Origin: Escherichia coli
GTDB lineage: Bacteria > Pseudomonadota > Gammaproteobacteria > Enterobacterales > Enterobacteriaceae
NCBI RefSeq assembly: GCF_003334335.1
Contig: NZ_QOWQ01000018.1
Length of the DNA: 64,000 bases
Direction: 5' to 3' (one strand)
Shown: positions 1-11,755 of the stretch, one piece after another
Layout of the letters: every line of letters begins with the position of its first letter
Numbering within the stretch: the stretch's first letter is position 1
Notes under the pieces: model-generated
What the model was told of the DNA's origin: nothing
Database searches by the model: none
Seen by the model: only the letters and a program-made list of their open reading frames with translations
Position numbers and translations under genes: made by a program

Positions 1-1716
1 GAACTGGCCTACGCTCTCTGGCCTGGTGATGTGGATGCCGGAAACATTGACGGCAGCATCCATCGCTGGGCAAAAAATGAAGTTATCGACAACGACCGCG
101 AAGACTGGAAGCGTATCTCGGCATCAATGCGCAAACAGCCTGAAGCACTTGGCTATGACCGTCAGACTATTTTTGGCCTTGTCCGTGAACGTCCGATCGA
201 CATTCACAAAGATCCCGTGGCGCTGAACAAATACATCACTGAATACCTGACTACAAAGGGCGTGTTTGAAGATGAAGGAACAAATCAGAGCACAACTAAT
301 ACTCTCCCGTCGCCAGTACCAGAAGCTGATGCAGTGGAAACGGCAATGCCGGACAACGAAAAAACCGAATGCAAAGTGGAAGTCGAACCATCTGTAGAGC
401 GTGAGGGGCCGTTCTACTTCCTCTTCACCGACAAGGATGGCGAAAAATACGGTCGCGCAAACAAACTTTCTGGTCTGGAAAAAGCACTAGCCTTGGGAGC
501 TACGGAAATCACAAAAGAGGAATACTTCGCACGTAAAAACGGCACGTACTCAGGTTCACAACAAAATACTGGTGCATCTGACACGACCGCACAACCAGAG
601 CCGGTAAAAGTTACCGCTGACGAAGTAAACAAAATTATGCAGGCAGCCAATATCAGCCAGCCTGACGCCGATAAGTTGCTTGCTGCCTCTCGCGGAGAAT
701 TTGTTGCAGGGATTAGCGACCCGAATGATCCGAAATGGGTAAAGGGGATTGAAACCCGCGATTCTGTAGACCAGAACCAGCAAGAATCGGAACAGAACGA
801 CCAGAAAGCGGAACAAAACAGCCCAAATGCGTTACAAAACGAGCCAGAAACGAAACAACCTGAACCAGTAGTGCAACAGGAACCGGAAAAGATCTGCACC
901 GCCTGCGGTCAGACCGGCGGCGGCAACTGCCCTGATTGTGGCGCGGTGATGGGCGACGCAACATACCAGGAAACATTCGATGAAGAGTATCAGGTTGAAG
1001 TTCAGGAAGATGATCCGGAGGAAATGGAAGGCGCTGAACATCCACACAAGGAGAATGCTGGCAGCGCTCAGGATCACGCCAGCGATAGTGAAACTGGCGA
1101 GACGGCAGATCCCTTAATTACGGTGAACGGTCATCACGTTATCACATCCACCAGCAGGTTGTGGCACCATCTGATGATTGACCTTGAAACAATGGGCAAA
1201 AATCCTGATGCGCCAATAAACTCTCTGGCCGGTAAGTTTTTTGATCCGGCAACCGGAGAGATGGGGCCAGAATTCAGCAAAACTATCGATCTGGAAACCG
1301 CAGGCGGAGTCATCGATCGGGACACCATTAAGTGGTGGCTGAAACAGTCACGGGAAGCACAATCAGCCATTCTGACCGATGAAATCCCGTTGGATGACGC
1401 ACTGTTGCAATTACGGGAATTTATCGACGAAAACTCCGGTGAATTTTTTGTTCAGGTCTGGGGAAATGGAGCCAACTTCGACAACGTGATTTTACGCCGT
1501 TCATATGAACGGCAGGAGATCCCCTGCCCGTGGCGTTACACCAATGATCGTGATGTAAGAACGATTGTTGCCCTGGGGCTGGTGATGGATTTCGATGCTC
1601 GAAGTGTCATCACATTTGAGGGTGAACGCCATAATGCCCTGCACGATGCGCGTTACCAGGCAAAATACGTTTCAGCTATCTGGCAAAAACTGTTCCCGAA
1701 TCAGGCTGATTTTTAA
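1..1716 (+). CDS. Prophage protein, 5'-partial (reading frame open from base 1), with a C-terminal DnaQ-like DEDDh 3'-5' exonuclease domain, a central CxxC-x7-CxxC zinc ribbon and an acidic/Gln-rich linker
   Basis: Frame 1 is open from position 1 to the stop at 1714-1716. Exo motifs are visible in the translation: MIDLETMG (Exo I), WGNGANFDNVIL (Exo II), HNALHDARYQAKY (Exo III). It sits directly upstream of xis-int as in lambdoid early-left regions. Confidence 0.6.
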   Translation, partial: ELAYALWPGDVDAGNIDGSIHRWAKNEVIDNDREDWKRISASMRKQPEALGYDRQTIFGLVRERPIDIHKDPVALNKYITEYLTTKGVFEDEGTNQSTTNTLPSPVPEADAVETAMPDNEKTECKVEVEPSVEREGPFYFLFTDKDGEKYGRANKLSGLEKALALGATEITKEEYFARKNGTYSGSQQNTGASDTTAQPEPVKVTADEVNKIMQAANISQPDADKLLAASRGEFVAGISDPNDPKWVKGIETRDSVDQNQQESEQNDQKAEQNSPNALQNEPETKQPEPVVQQEPEKICTACGQTGGGNCPDCGAVMGDATYQETFDEEYQVEVQEDDPEEMEGAEHPHKENAGSAQDHASDSETGETADPLITVNGHHVITSTSRLWHHLMIDLETMGKNPDAPINSLAGKFFDPATGEMGPEFSKTIDLETAGGVIDRDTIKWWLKQSREAQSAILTDEIPLDDALLQLREFIDENSGEFFVQVWGNGANFDNVILRRSYERQEIPCPWRYTNDRDVRTIVALGLVMDFDARSVITFEGERHNALHDARYQAKYVSAIWQKLFPNQADF

Positions 1717-1777
1717 TGTTCAACCGTCGCCGGTTGTAGTTGGTATTCTGCAACTGGCGCGTTCCGGAGTGATGGTC

Positions 1778-2047
1778 ATGAGCGAACAGTACCTGATTAC
1801 GCTCGACGAGTGGAAACCTAAGCGGTTCAGTCTCCCAATAACAAACACTACCCTGGTGAAATACGGAAAACTTGGATACATCGTACCAAGACCACAAAAA
1901 ATTCGTGGTCGCTGGCTAATAGATCGCCGCGCAGTCTTTGTTGGACCGGGTGAAGCTGGAATTGCGCCGGAAATTCATACTGGCGATGATGACGCACTGA
2001 AGGAGATTTTAACCCATGTCACCGAGGCCACGAAAAAACAGTACTGA
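1778..2047 (+). CDS. xis: Phage excisionase (Xis-like, small basic winged-helix protein)
   Basis: 89-aa ORF (MSEQYLITLDEWKPKRFSLP...RGRWLIDRRAVFV) immediately upstream of and overlapping int by 32 nt. GGAG lies 10 nt before the ATG at 1778. Start chosen within ORF 1595..2047. Confidence 0.6.
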   Translation: MSEQYLITLDEWKPKRFSLPITNTTLVKYGKLGYIVPRPQKIRGRWLIDRRAVFVGPGEAGIAPEIHTGDDDALKEILTHVTEATKKQY

Positions 2048-3134
2048 CGTAGCAGCTCTTTACGAAAAGTTTGATCGCAGAACTGGCAAGGTTTACTACC
2101 AGTATAAAAATCCTGTGACTGGAAAATTTCACGGACTTGGGACAGACAAAGTCAAGGCAGAAAAAATCGCTGCAACAGCCAATCAGCGAATAGCTGCAGC
2201 AGAAGCAGAATATTTCATGCGCAAAATTGATGAAAGTCCATCAGCAACAAAACGTCGGGGTATCAGATTAAAGGCATGGGTTGATCGATATCTGAAAATA
2301 CAGGATTCGCGACTGAAAAATGGAGACATTGCAGCTACAACCCACAAAGAAAAAGTGCGAATGGCTGCATACCTGGTTTCCCGCCTGGGAAACCACCCAT
2401 TGAAAGAACTGGAGGTAAGAGACTTTGCATTAATACTGGACGAGTGGATGGATAAAGACATGGTCAGCACAGCAAGAGTAAATCGCGGATTATGGGTTGA
2501 TATTTATAAAGAAGCACAGCATGCGGGAGAAGTTCCTCCTGGATGGAATCCTCCGAAGGCTACCCGTAAACCGATCCCTAAAGTGACCAGATCCAGACTC
2601 ACCCTGGAAGACTGGCAAAAAATTTATAATGCAACGCCAGAAAAACACTTTATCCGTAACGCAATGCTTCTTGCGATTGTTACTGGTCAGCGCCGTGATG
2701 ACATTTGCCACATGCGTTTTTCAGATGTATGGAATGGACATCTACATATAACCCAAGGAAAAACCGGAATGCGTCTGGCCTTACCTCTTACGCTACGATG
2801 CGATGAAATTGGGGTATCGTTAAAAGAAGTTATTGATGGATGCAGGGACAGAATGTTGAGTCCATACCTAATCCATAGTAGGCACCAGAAACAACCAAAA
2901 CCGATGAGTAAAGACAACCTGAGCGATTACTTCGCCAAAGCGCGAGATCTGGCTGGAATAATTCCACCAGCAGGAAAAACACCGCCAACATTTCATGAAC
3001 AACGCTCCCTGTCAGAACGGTTGTACCGCGCACAGGGTGTCGATACAAAAACATTACTGGGACATAAAGTCCAGGCTACCACCGATCGCTATAACGATAC
3101 TCGAGGTCAGGAATGGGTTAAGTTGGTTATTTGA
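2016..3134 (+). CDS. int: Lambda-family tyrosine integrase
   Basis: 372 aa; the C-terminus (PPTFHEQRSLSERLY...LLGHKVQATTDRYNDTRGQEWVKL) matches the lambda Int catalytic region (R..H-x-x-R..Y pattern). AGGAG RBS lies 10 nt upstream. Confidence 0.9.
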   Translation: MSPRPRKNSTDVAALYEKFDRRTGKVYYQYKNPVTGKFHGLGTDKVKAEKIAATANQRIAAAEAEYFMRKIDESPSATKRRGIRLKAWVDRYLKIQDSRLKNGDIAATTHKEKVRMAAYLVSRLGNHPLKELEVRDFALILDEWMDKDMVSTARVNRGLWVDIYKEAQHAGEVPPGWNPPKATRKPIPKVTRSRLTLEDWQKIYNATPEKHFIRNAMLLAIVTGQRRDDICHMRFSDVWNGHLHITQGKTGMRLALPLTLRCDEIGVSLKEVIDGCRDRMLSPYLIHSRHQKQPKPMSKDNLSDYFAKARDLAGIIPPAGKTPPTFHEQRSLSERLYRAQGVDTKTLLGHKVQATTDRYNDTRGQEWVKLVI

Positions 3135-3197
3135 CAAACACCATATGGAATATCCGTCACCATCTCAGGAAAAAAGTGTTGTAAAATGCGTGGCCTT

Positions 3198-3235
3198 GTT
3201 TTGGGGAAAAGTTTTGGAGAGATTTTGGAGAAAGG
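3198..3235. repeat. Three tandem direct repeats (core TTTTGGRGA) between int stop and the potB/potC junction; candidate Int arm-type binding sites
   Basis: gTTTTGGGGAaaa / gTTTTGGAGAg / aTTTTGGAGAaagg at 3199-3207, 3212-3220 and 3223-3231, read directly from the sequence. Confidence 0.5.
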
Positions 3236-3259
3236 AAAAAATTGAATAAATTCAAAATC

Positions 3260-3304
3260 CTGAAAGTGCTCCACCTTATGAATAAGAAGGTGGAACTCGA
3301 ATGA
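3260..3304 (+). other. Putative prophage attachment-site core overlapping the last potB codons (...NKKVELE-stop) and the potC start
   Basis: Frame-2 reading ends ...LMNKKVELE with TGA at 3302-3304 overlapping the potC ATG at 3301. Upstream of about 3280 the sequence is phage (int) rather than potB. Exact core limits are not determinable without a reference. Confidence 0.35.
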
Positions 3305-4095
3305 TCGGTCGACTGCTTCGCGGCGGTTTTATGACCGCTATCTACGCGTACCTGTATATCCCAATCATTATTTTGATTGTGAACTCCTTTAACAGCTCGC
3401 GCTTTGGCATCAACTGGCAGGGTTTTACCACCAAATGGTATAGCCTGCTGATGAACAACGACAGCCTGTTACAGGCAGCGCAGCATTCACTAACAATGGC
3501 GGTGTTTTCGGCGACGTTTGCTACGCTTATCGGTTCACTGACGGCAGTTGCGCTGTACCGTTATCGCTTTCGTGGTAAGCCGTTCGTTAGCGGAATGCTG
3601 TTTGTGGTGATGATGTCACCAGATATCGTGATGGCGATTTCGCTGCTGGTGCTGTTTATGCTGCTGGGTATTCAGCTTGGCTTCTGGTCGCTGCTGTTCT
3701 CGCATATCACCTTCTGCCTGCCATTTGTGGTGGTGACGGTGTATTCGCGCCTGAAAGGTTTTGACGTGCGAATGCTGGAAGCGGCGAAAGATCTCGGTGC
3801 CAGCGAATTTACCATTCTGCGAAAAATCATTCTGCCACTGGCAATGCCAGCGGTGGCGGCGGGCTGGGTGTTAAGCTTTACCCTGTCGATGGACGATGTG
3901 GTAGTTTCTTCGTTCGTCACCGGACCAAGTTATGAAATTCTGCCGTTAAAAATTTATTCGATGGTCAAAGTCGGCGTATCGCCGGAAGTTAACGCGCTGG
4001 CAACCATATTACTGGTGCTGTCGCTGGTGATGGTTATTGCCAGCCAGCTTATTGCTCGTGATAAAACGAAAGGTAACACAGGGGACGTTAAATGA
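3301..4095 (+). CDS. potC: Spermidine/putrescine ABC transporter permease PotC
   Basis: 264-aa ORF recognised as E. coli PotC; 4-nt overlap with potD. Confidence 0.95.
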   Translation: MIGRLLRGGFMTAIYAYLYIPIIILIVNSFNSSRFGINWQGFTTKWYSLLMNNDSLLQAAQHSLTMAVFSATFATLIGSLTAVALYRYRFRGKPFVSGMLFVVMMSPDIVMAISLLVLFMLLGIQLGFWSLLFSHITFCLPFVVVTVYSRLKGFDVRMLEAAKDLGASEFTILRKIILPLAMPAVAAGWVLSFTLSMDDVVVSSFVTGPSYEILPLKIYSMVKVGVSPEVNALATILLVLSLVMVIASQLIARDKTKGNTGDVK

Positions 4096-5138
4096 AAAAA
4101 TGGTCACGCCACCTGCTCGCGGCGGGTGCTCTGGCACTGGGCATGAGCGCCGCTCACGCCGATGACAACAACACGCTGTATTTCTACAACTGGACCGAGT
4201 ACGTGCCGCCAGGACTGCTTGAACAGTTCACCAAAGAAACCGGTATTAAGGTTATCTATTCGACTTACGAGTCGAACGAAACCATGTACGCCAAGCTGAA
4301 AACATACAAAGACGGTGCCTATGATCTGGTGGTTCCTTCAACCTATTACGTTGATAAAATGCGTAAAGAAGGGATGATCCAGAAGATCGACAAGTCGAAG
4401 TTAACAAACTTCAGCAATCTCGATCCAGACATGCTCAACAAGCCTTTTGACCCGAATAACGACTACTCCATTCCGTATATCTGGGGTGCGACGGCGATTG
4501 GTGTTAACGGTGATGCGGTGGATCCGAAATCTGTCACCAGCTGGGCCGATCTGTGGAAGCCAGAGTACAAAGGCAGCCTGCTGTTGACCGACGATGCCCG
4601 TGAAGTGTTCCAGATGGCGCTGCGTAAGCTGGGCTACTCCGGTAACACCACCGATCCGAAAGAGATTGAAGCTGCATATAACGAGCTGAAAAAACTGATG
4701 CCAAACGTGGCAGCCTTTAACTCCGATAACCCGGCGAACCCGTACATGGAAGGCGAAGTTAACCTCGGCATGATCTGGAACGGTTCTGCTTTCGTTGCAC
4801 GCCAGGCGGGTACGCCAATTGACGTGGTGTGGCCGAAAGAAGGCGGCATTTTCTGGATGGACAGCCTGGCGATCCCGGCAAATGCCAAAAACAAAGAAGG
4901 CGCGCTGAAATTGATCAACTTCCTGCTGCGCCCGGATGTGGCAAAACAGGTTGCTGAAACTATCGGTTATCCAACGCCAAACCTTGCGGCGCGTAAGCTG
5001 TTAAGTCCAGAAGTGGCGAACGATAAAACACTCTACCCGGATGCTGAAACCATTAAAAATGGCGAATGGCAGAATGACGTTGGCGCAGCCAGCAGCATTT
5101 ATGAAGAGTATTATCAGAAGCTGAAAGCAGGACGTTAA
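4092..5138 (+). CDS. potD: Spermidine/putrescine periplasmic binding protein PotD
   Basis: 348 aa with signal peptide; recognised as PotD. Confidence 0.95.
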   Translation: MKKWSRHLLAAGALALGMSAAHADDNNTLYFYNWTEYVPPGLLEQFTKETGIKVIYSTYESNETMYAKLKTYKDGAYDLVVPSTYYVDKMRKEGMIQKIDKSKLTNFSNLDPDMLNKPFDPNNDYSIPYIWGATAIGVNGDAVDPKSVTSWADLWKPEYKGSLLLTDDAREVFQMALRKLGYSGNTTDPKEIEAAYNELKKLMPNVAAFNSDNPANPYMEGEVNLGMIWNGSAFVARQAGTPIDVVWPKEGGIFWMDSLAIPANAKNKEGALKLINFLLRPDVAKQVAETIGYPTPNLAARKLLSPEVANDKTLYPDAETIKNGEWQNDVGAASSIYEEYYQKLKAGR

Positions 5139-5145
5139 TTCAGCA

Positions 5146-5176
5146 AGCGGGCGGTGGTATTACCGCCCGTTTTTTA
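5146..5176 (+). terminator. Rho-independent terminator after potD
   Basis: GCGGGCGGTGGTATTACCGCCCG hairpin followed by TTTTTT. Confidence 0.8.
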
Positions 5177-5195
5177 GTTAGCAAGGATGTGGCTA

Positions 5196-5657
5196 ATGAG
5201 TCAGGACAGTAAAGTTTTCTTTCGTATATTCCTCGGTATCGGTCTGGTACTGATCCTCATTTCTGTTGTTGTCTTTTATAACCAGTTCACCTATAGCAAA
5301 GACGCGATTCATACCGAAGGCGTCATTGTTGATACCGTCTGGCACTCCAGTCATTCTCATCGCACGGGTAAAGATGGTTCGTGGTATCCCGTCGTTGCCT
5401 TTCGACCGACGCCAGATTACACGCTAATTTTCAATTCGAGTATCGGCAGCGATTTTTATGAAGACAGCGAAGGCGATAAAGTTAATGTTTATTATTCTCC
5501 CGGGCATCCTGAAAAGGCTGAGATAAATAACCCGTGGGTTAATTTTTTTAAATGGGGGTTTATCGGCATTATGGGCGTTATTTTTATCGCCGTCGGTTTA
5601 TTAATAAGTATGCCCTCCTCTAAAAAATCACGCAGGAAACGGAAGTCCCGCCCATGA
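5196..5657 (+). CDS. ymfA: Inner membrane protein YmfA (DUF3592-like)
   Basis: ORF 5187..5657; start set at MSQDSK to give about 153 aa. Two hydrophobic segments. Position between potD and ycfZ as in K-12. Confidence 0.8.
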
Positions 5658-6442
5658 AAAAATTCATTATACTGCTCAGTTTACTGATACTCCTGCCTCT
5701 GACAGCAGCCAGCAAGCCATTAATTCCAATAATGAAGACACTTTTTACGGACGTTACCGGTACTGTACCAGATGCTGAAGAGATCGCGCATAAAGCCGAG
5801 CTTTTTCGCCAACAAACGGGAATTGCACCGTTTATTGTGGTTTTACCCGACATTAATAATGAAGCCAGTCTCAGACAAAATGGTAAAGCGATGCTGGCGC
5901 ATGCGTCATCTTCATTGAGTGATGTAAAAGGAAGTGTTCTGTTACTATTTACTACCCGCGAACCACGGTTAATTATGATCACCAACGGCCAGGTTGAAAG
6001 TGGTCTGGACGATAAACATCTCGGCCTTCTGATAGAAAATCACACGCTGGCTTATTTAAATGCAGATCTCTGGTATCAGGGAATCAATAATGCATTGGCT
6101 GTTCTACAAGCACAGATATTAAAACAATCGACGCCGCCACTAACGTATTATCCGCATCCAGGACAACAGCATGAAAATGCTCCCCCCGGCAGCACCAACA
6201 CATTAGGTTTTATCGCCTGGGCTGCGACGTTTATCTTATTTTCCAGGATCTTTTACTACACGACTCGTTTTATTTATGCGTTAAAATTTGCAGTGGCGAT
6301 GACTATTGCCAATATGGGTTATCAGGCTTTATGTTTGTATATCGATAATAGCTTTGCGATTACCAGAATATCGCCACTCTGGGCAGGGCTAATTGGTGTC
6401 TGTACGTTTATTGCCGCATTGTTATTGACGAGTAAACGATAA
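5654..6442 (+). CDS. ycfZ: Inner membrane protein YcfZ
   Basis: 262-aa ORF with signal/TM segments; 4-nt overlap with ymfA; synteny. Confidence 0.85.
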
Positions 6443-6470
6443 AAGAGGCCGGAAAAGTGCGCGTGTATTA

Positions 6471-6571
6471 TGCCGGATGGGGCGCGAACGCCTTATCCGG
6501 CCCACAAAACCCGCAAATTCAATTAATTGCGTCCCCTTGCAGGCCTGATAAGCGTAGTGCATCAGGCAATG
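6471..6571. repeat. REP/BIME element pair
   Basis: GCCGGATGGGGCGCGAACGCCTTATCCGGCC and AGGCCTGATAAGCGTAGTGCATCAGGC palindromic units typical of E. coli REP. Confidence 0.8.
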
Positions 6572-7401
6572 CTTCCCGCTTTTAATCCCTTCAGCAACTT
6601 TTCAACAAACTCAGGCACCACCTGGCTTGCCGGGCCGTAATATTTCTCGGCAAATTCATTACCAACCTGACTCGGTTCAAGATTCAGTTCCACGGTGTGC
6701 GCGCCATGCAGTTTCGCTTCGTGAACAAACCCAGCCGCCGGATAAACATGCCCGGATGTGCCAATGGCAATGAAAATATCGGCCATCGACAACGCCATAT
6801 AAATTTCATCCATGCCGAGTGGCATTTCGCCAAACCACACTACGTGCGGGCGCAAGGGTGCCGGAAACTGGCAACAATGGCATTTATCTTCTGGGGTAAC
6901 GTCTCCTGTCCAGTCGAGAACCTGACCACTTTGTGAACAACGCACTTTCAGCAGTTCCCCATGCATATGAATCACATTGGTATTACCTGCGCGTTCATGC
7001 AGGTTGTCGATATTCTGCGTCACCAGCAAAAAGCGATCGCCGAGGGCGTCTTGCAGTTTAGCCAGCGCAAGATGCGCGGCGTTAGGCTGAATTTCTGGCT
7101 GCTGCAGCTGTCGACGACGGGCGTTATAAAACGCTTGCACCAGTTCAGGATCGCGATCGAAACCTTCCGGCGTTGCCACATCTTCAACCCGATGTTCTTC
7201 CCACAGGCCATCTGCGGCGCGAAAGGTACGAATACCTGATTCCGCAGAAATTCCTGCCCCTGTCAGTACGAGTACTCTTGGTTTTTCCATTGCTTCCGGC
7301 ACCACTTTATCTCTGAAAAAAATACGCTGACGCAAACGCTCGCGCAGGCGGCGTTTATTTTTACGAAAACGACTTAACCGATGACCCCGACGCGACAGCA
7401 T
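6562..7401 (-). CDS. cobB: NAD-dependent protein deacylase CobB (sirtuin), long isoform
   Basis: 279 aa with [14 protein letters not shown] Rossmann motif and a Zn-binding Cys cluster; Arg-rich N-terminal extension. Confidence 0.95.
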   Translation of the reverse strand: MLSRRGHRLSRFRKNKRRLRERLRQRIFFRDKVVPEAMEKPRVLVLTGAGISAESGIRTFRAADGLWEEHRVEDVATPEGFDRDPELVQAFYNARRRQLQQPEIQPNAAHLALAKLQDALGDRFLLVTQNIDNLHERAGNTNVIHMHGELLKVRCSQSGQVLDWTGDVTPEDKCHCCQFPAPLRPHVVWFGEMPLGMDEIYMALSMADIFIAIGTSGHVYPAAGFVHEAKLHGAHTVELNLEPSQVGNEFAEKYYGPASQVVPEFVEKLLKGLKAGSIA

Positions 7402-7416
7402 AGCAACCTCTGTTGT

Positions 7417-8328
7417 TTAATCGGTTAGATGTAGGAAGGCCGCACCACGCATTCCTCCCGCATCACCGTGGCGCGCGCGTTCAATGCGCGGAACACGAGC
7501 TACAGGTAAGAGATGACGAGGCAGCCTGTCCGCCAGTTGCGTTGTGATTGCCGGGAAATTCGATAAGCCACCACCAATGACGACCAGGTCAGGGTCAACG
7601 ATGGTCAGGATATTTCCCAGACAAACCGCTAATAAATCCAGATAACGCTCAACGTGCGCCCTTGCCTGCTCATCGCCTTGATCATAAAGCGCAATAATTT
7701 CGGGAGCCTGCAACGGTTGATGATAATAGTGTTGATACAGCCACGCAAAACCGCGACCAGACAGATAATTTTCAATGCAGCCATGCTGACCACAGCCGCA
7801 GCGGCGTAACGGGAAATCCAACCCCATCATGGTTAACGCATCAACCGGCAGACGCATATGGCCAAACTCGCCGGTAATGTAGCTTTTACCGGTAATCGGT
7901 TTGCCGTTGAAAATCAGCCCGCCGCCAACACCGGTGCCGAGAATCAACCCCATCACCAGTGGATATTGAGTAAATTCATCATCCCAGGCTTCTGAAAGGG
8001 CAAAACAGTTGGCATCGTTATCAAGGCGTACATCGCGATCAAGACGTGCGCTCAGGTCGGCACGCAGCGGTTTACCGCTGGCAGCGGGGACATTGGCGGC
8101 ATACAGCGTACCATCTTCTGTTTCCGGCATTCCCGGAATACCGATGCCGACAGAACCTTTACAGCCAAAACGTTGGTCAGCTTCAGCTACCAGCTCACAC
8201 ACTGCATCTAAAAATGCGTCATAGCTGTCACGCGGTGTCGGCACCCGCTTTTCCCACTGCAACTGCCGACCGCTATCAAACACGCCAAGCGCAATTTTTG
8301 TTCCACCAATATCAAACCCGTAATACAT
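7417..8328 (-). CDS. nagK: N-acetyl-D-glucosamine kinase
   Basis: ROK-family sequence; start set at [11 protein letters not shown] within the longer ORF 7417..8388. Confidence 0.9.
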
Positions 8329-8356
8329 TGCCGCTCCTTGTTTTAATGTACTGCCT

Positions 8357-11605
<3,249 letters not shown>

Positions 11606-11755
11606 TCAATCGGCTAAATTGCCATGTTTTATCATCAATCTTGCCGCCTGATCTTAATCTGAAAAATCATCCAATACAGACAGATACCCATTACACCTCG
11701 GGTCATAACCCGCAGGATCAACCGCATGTAAATTAAAAAAGAGCGTGTTGTCCTG

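Noticed and set aside
26-226. 66-codon ORF overlapping the start of the exonuclease-domain gene in another frame
   Set aside because: It is fully overlapped by the longer frame-1 ORF, which is open from base 1 and carries recognisable domains.
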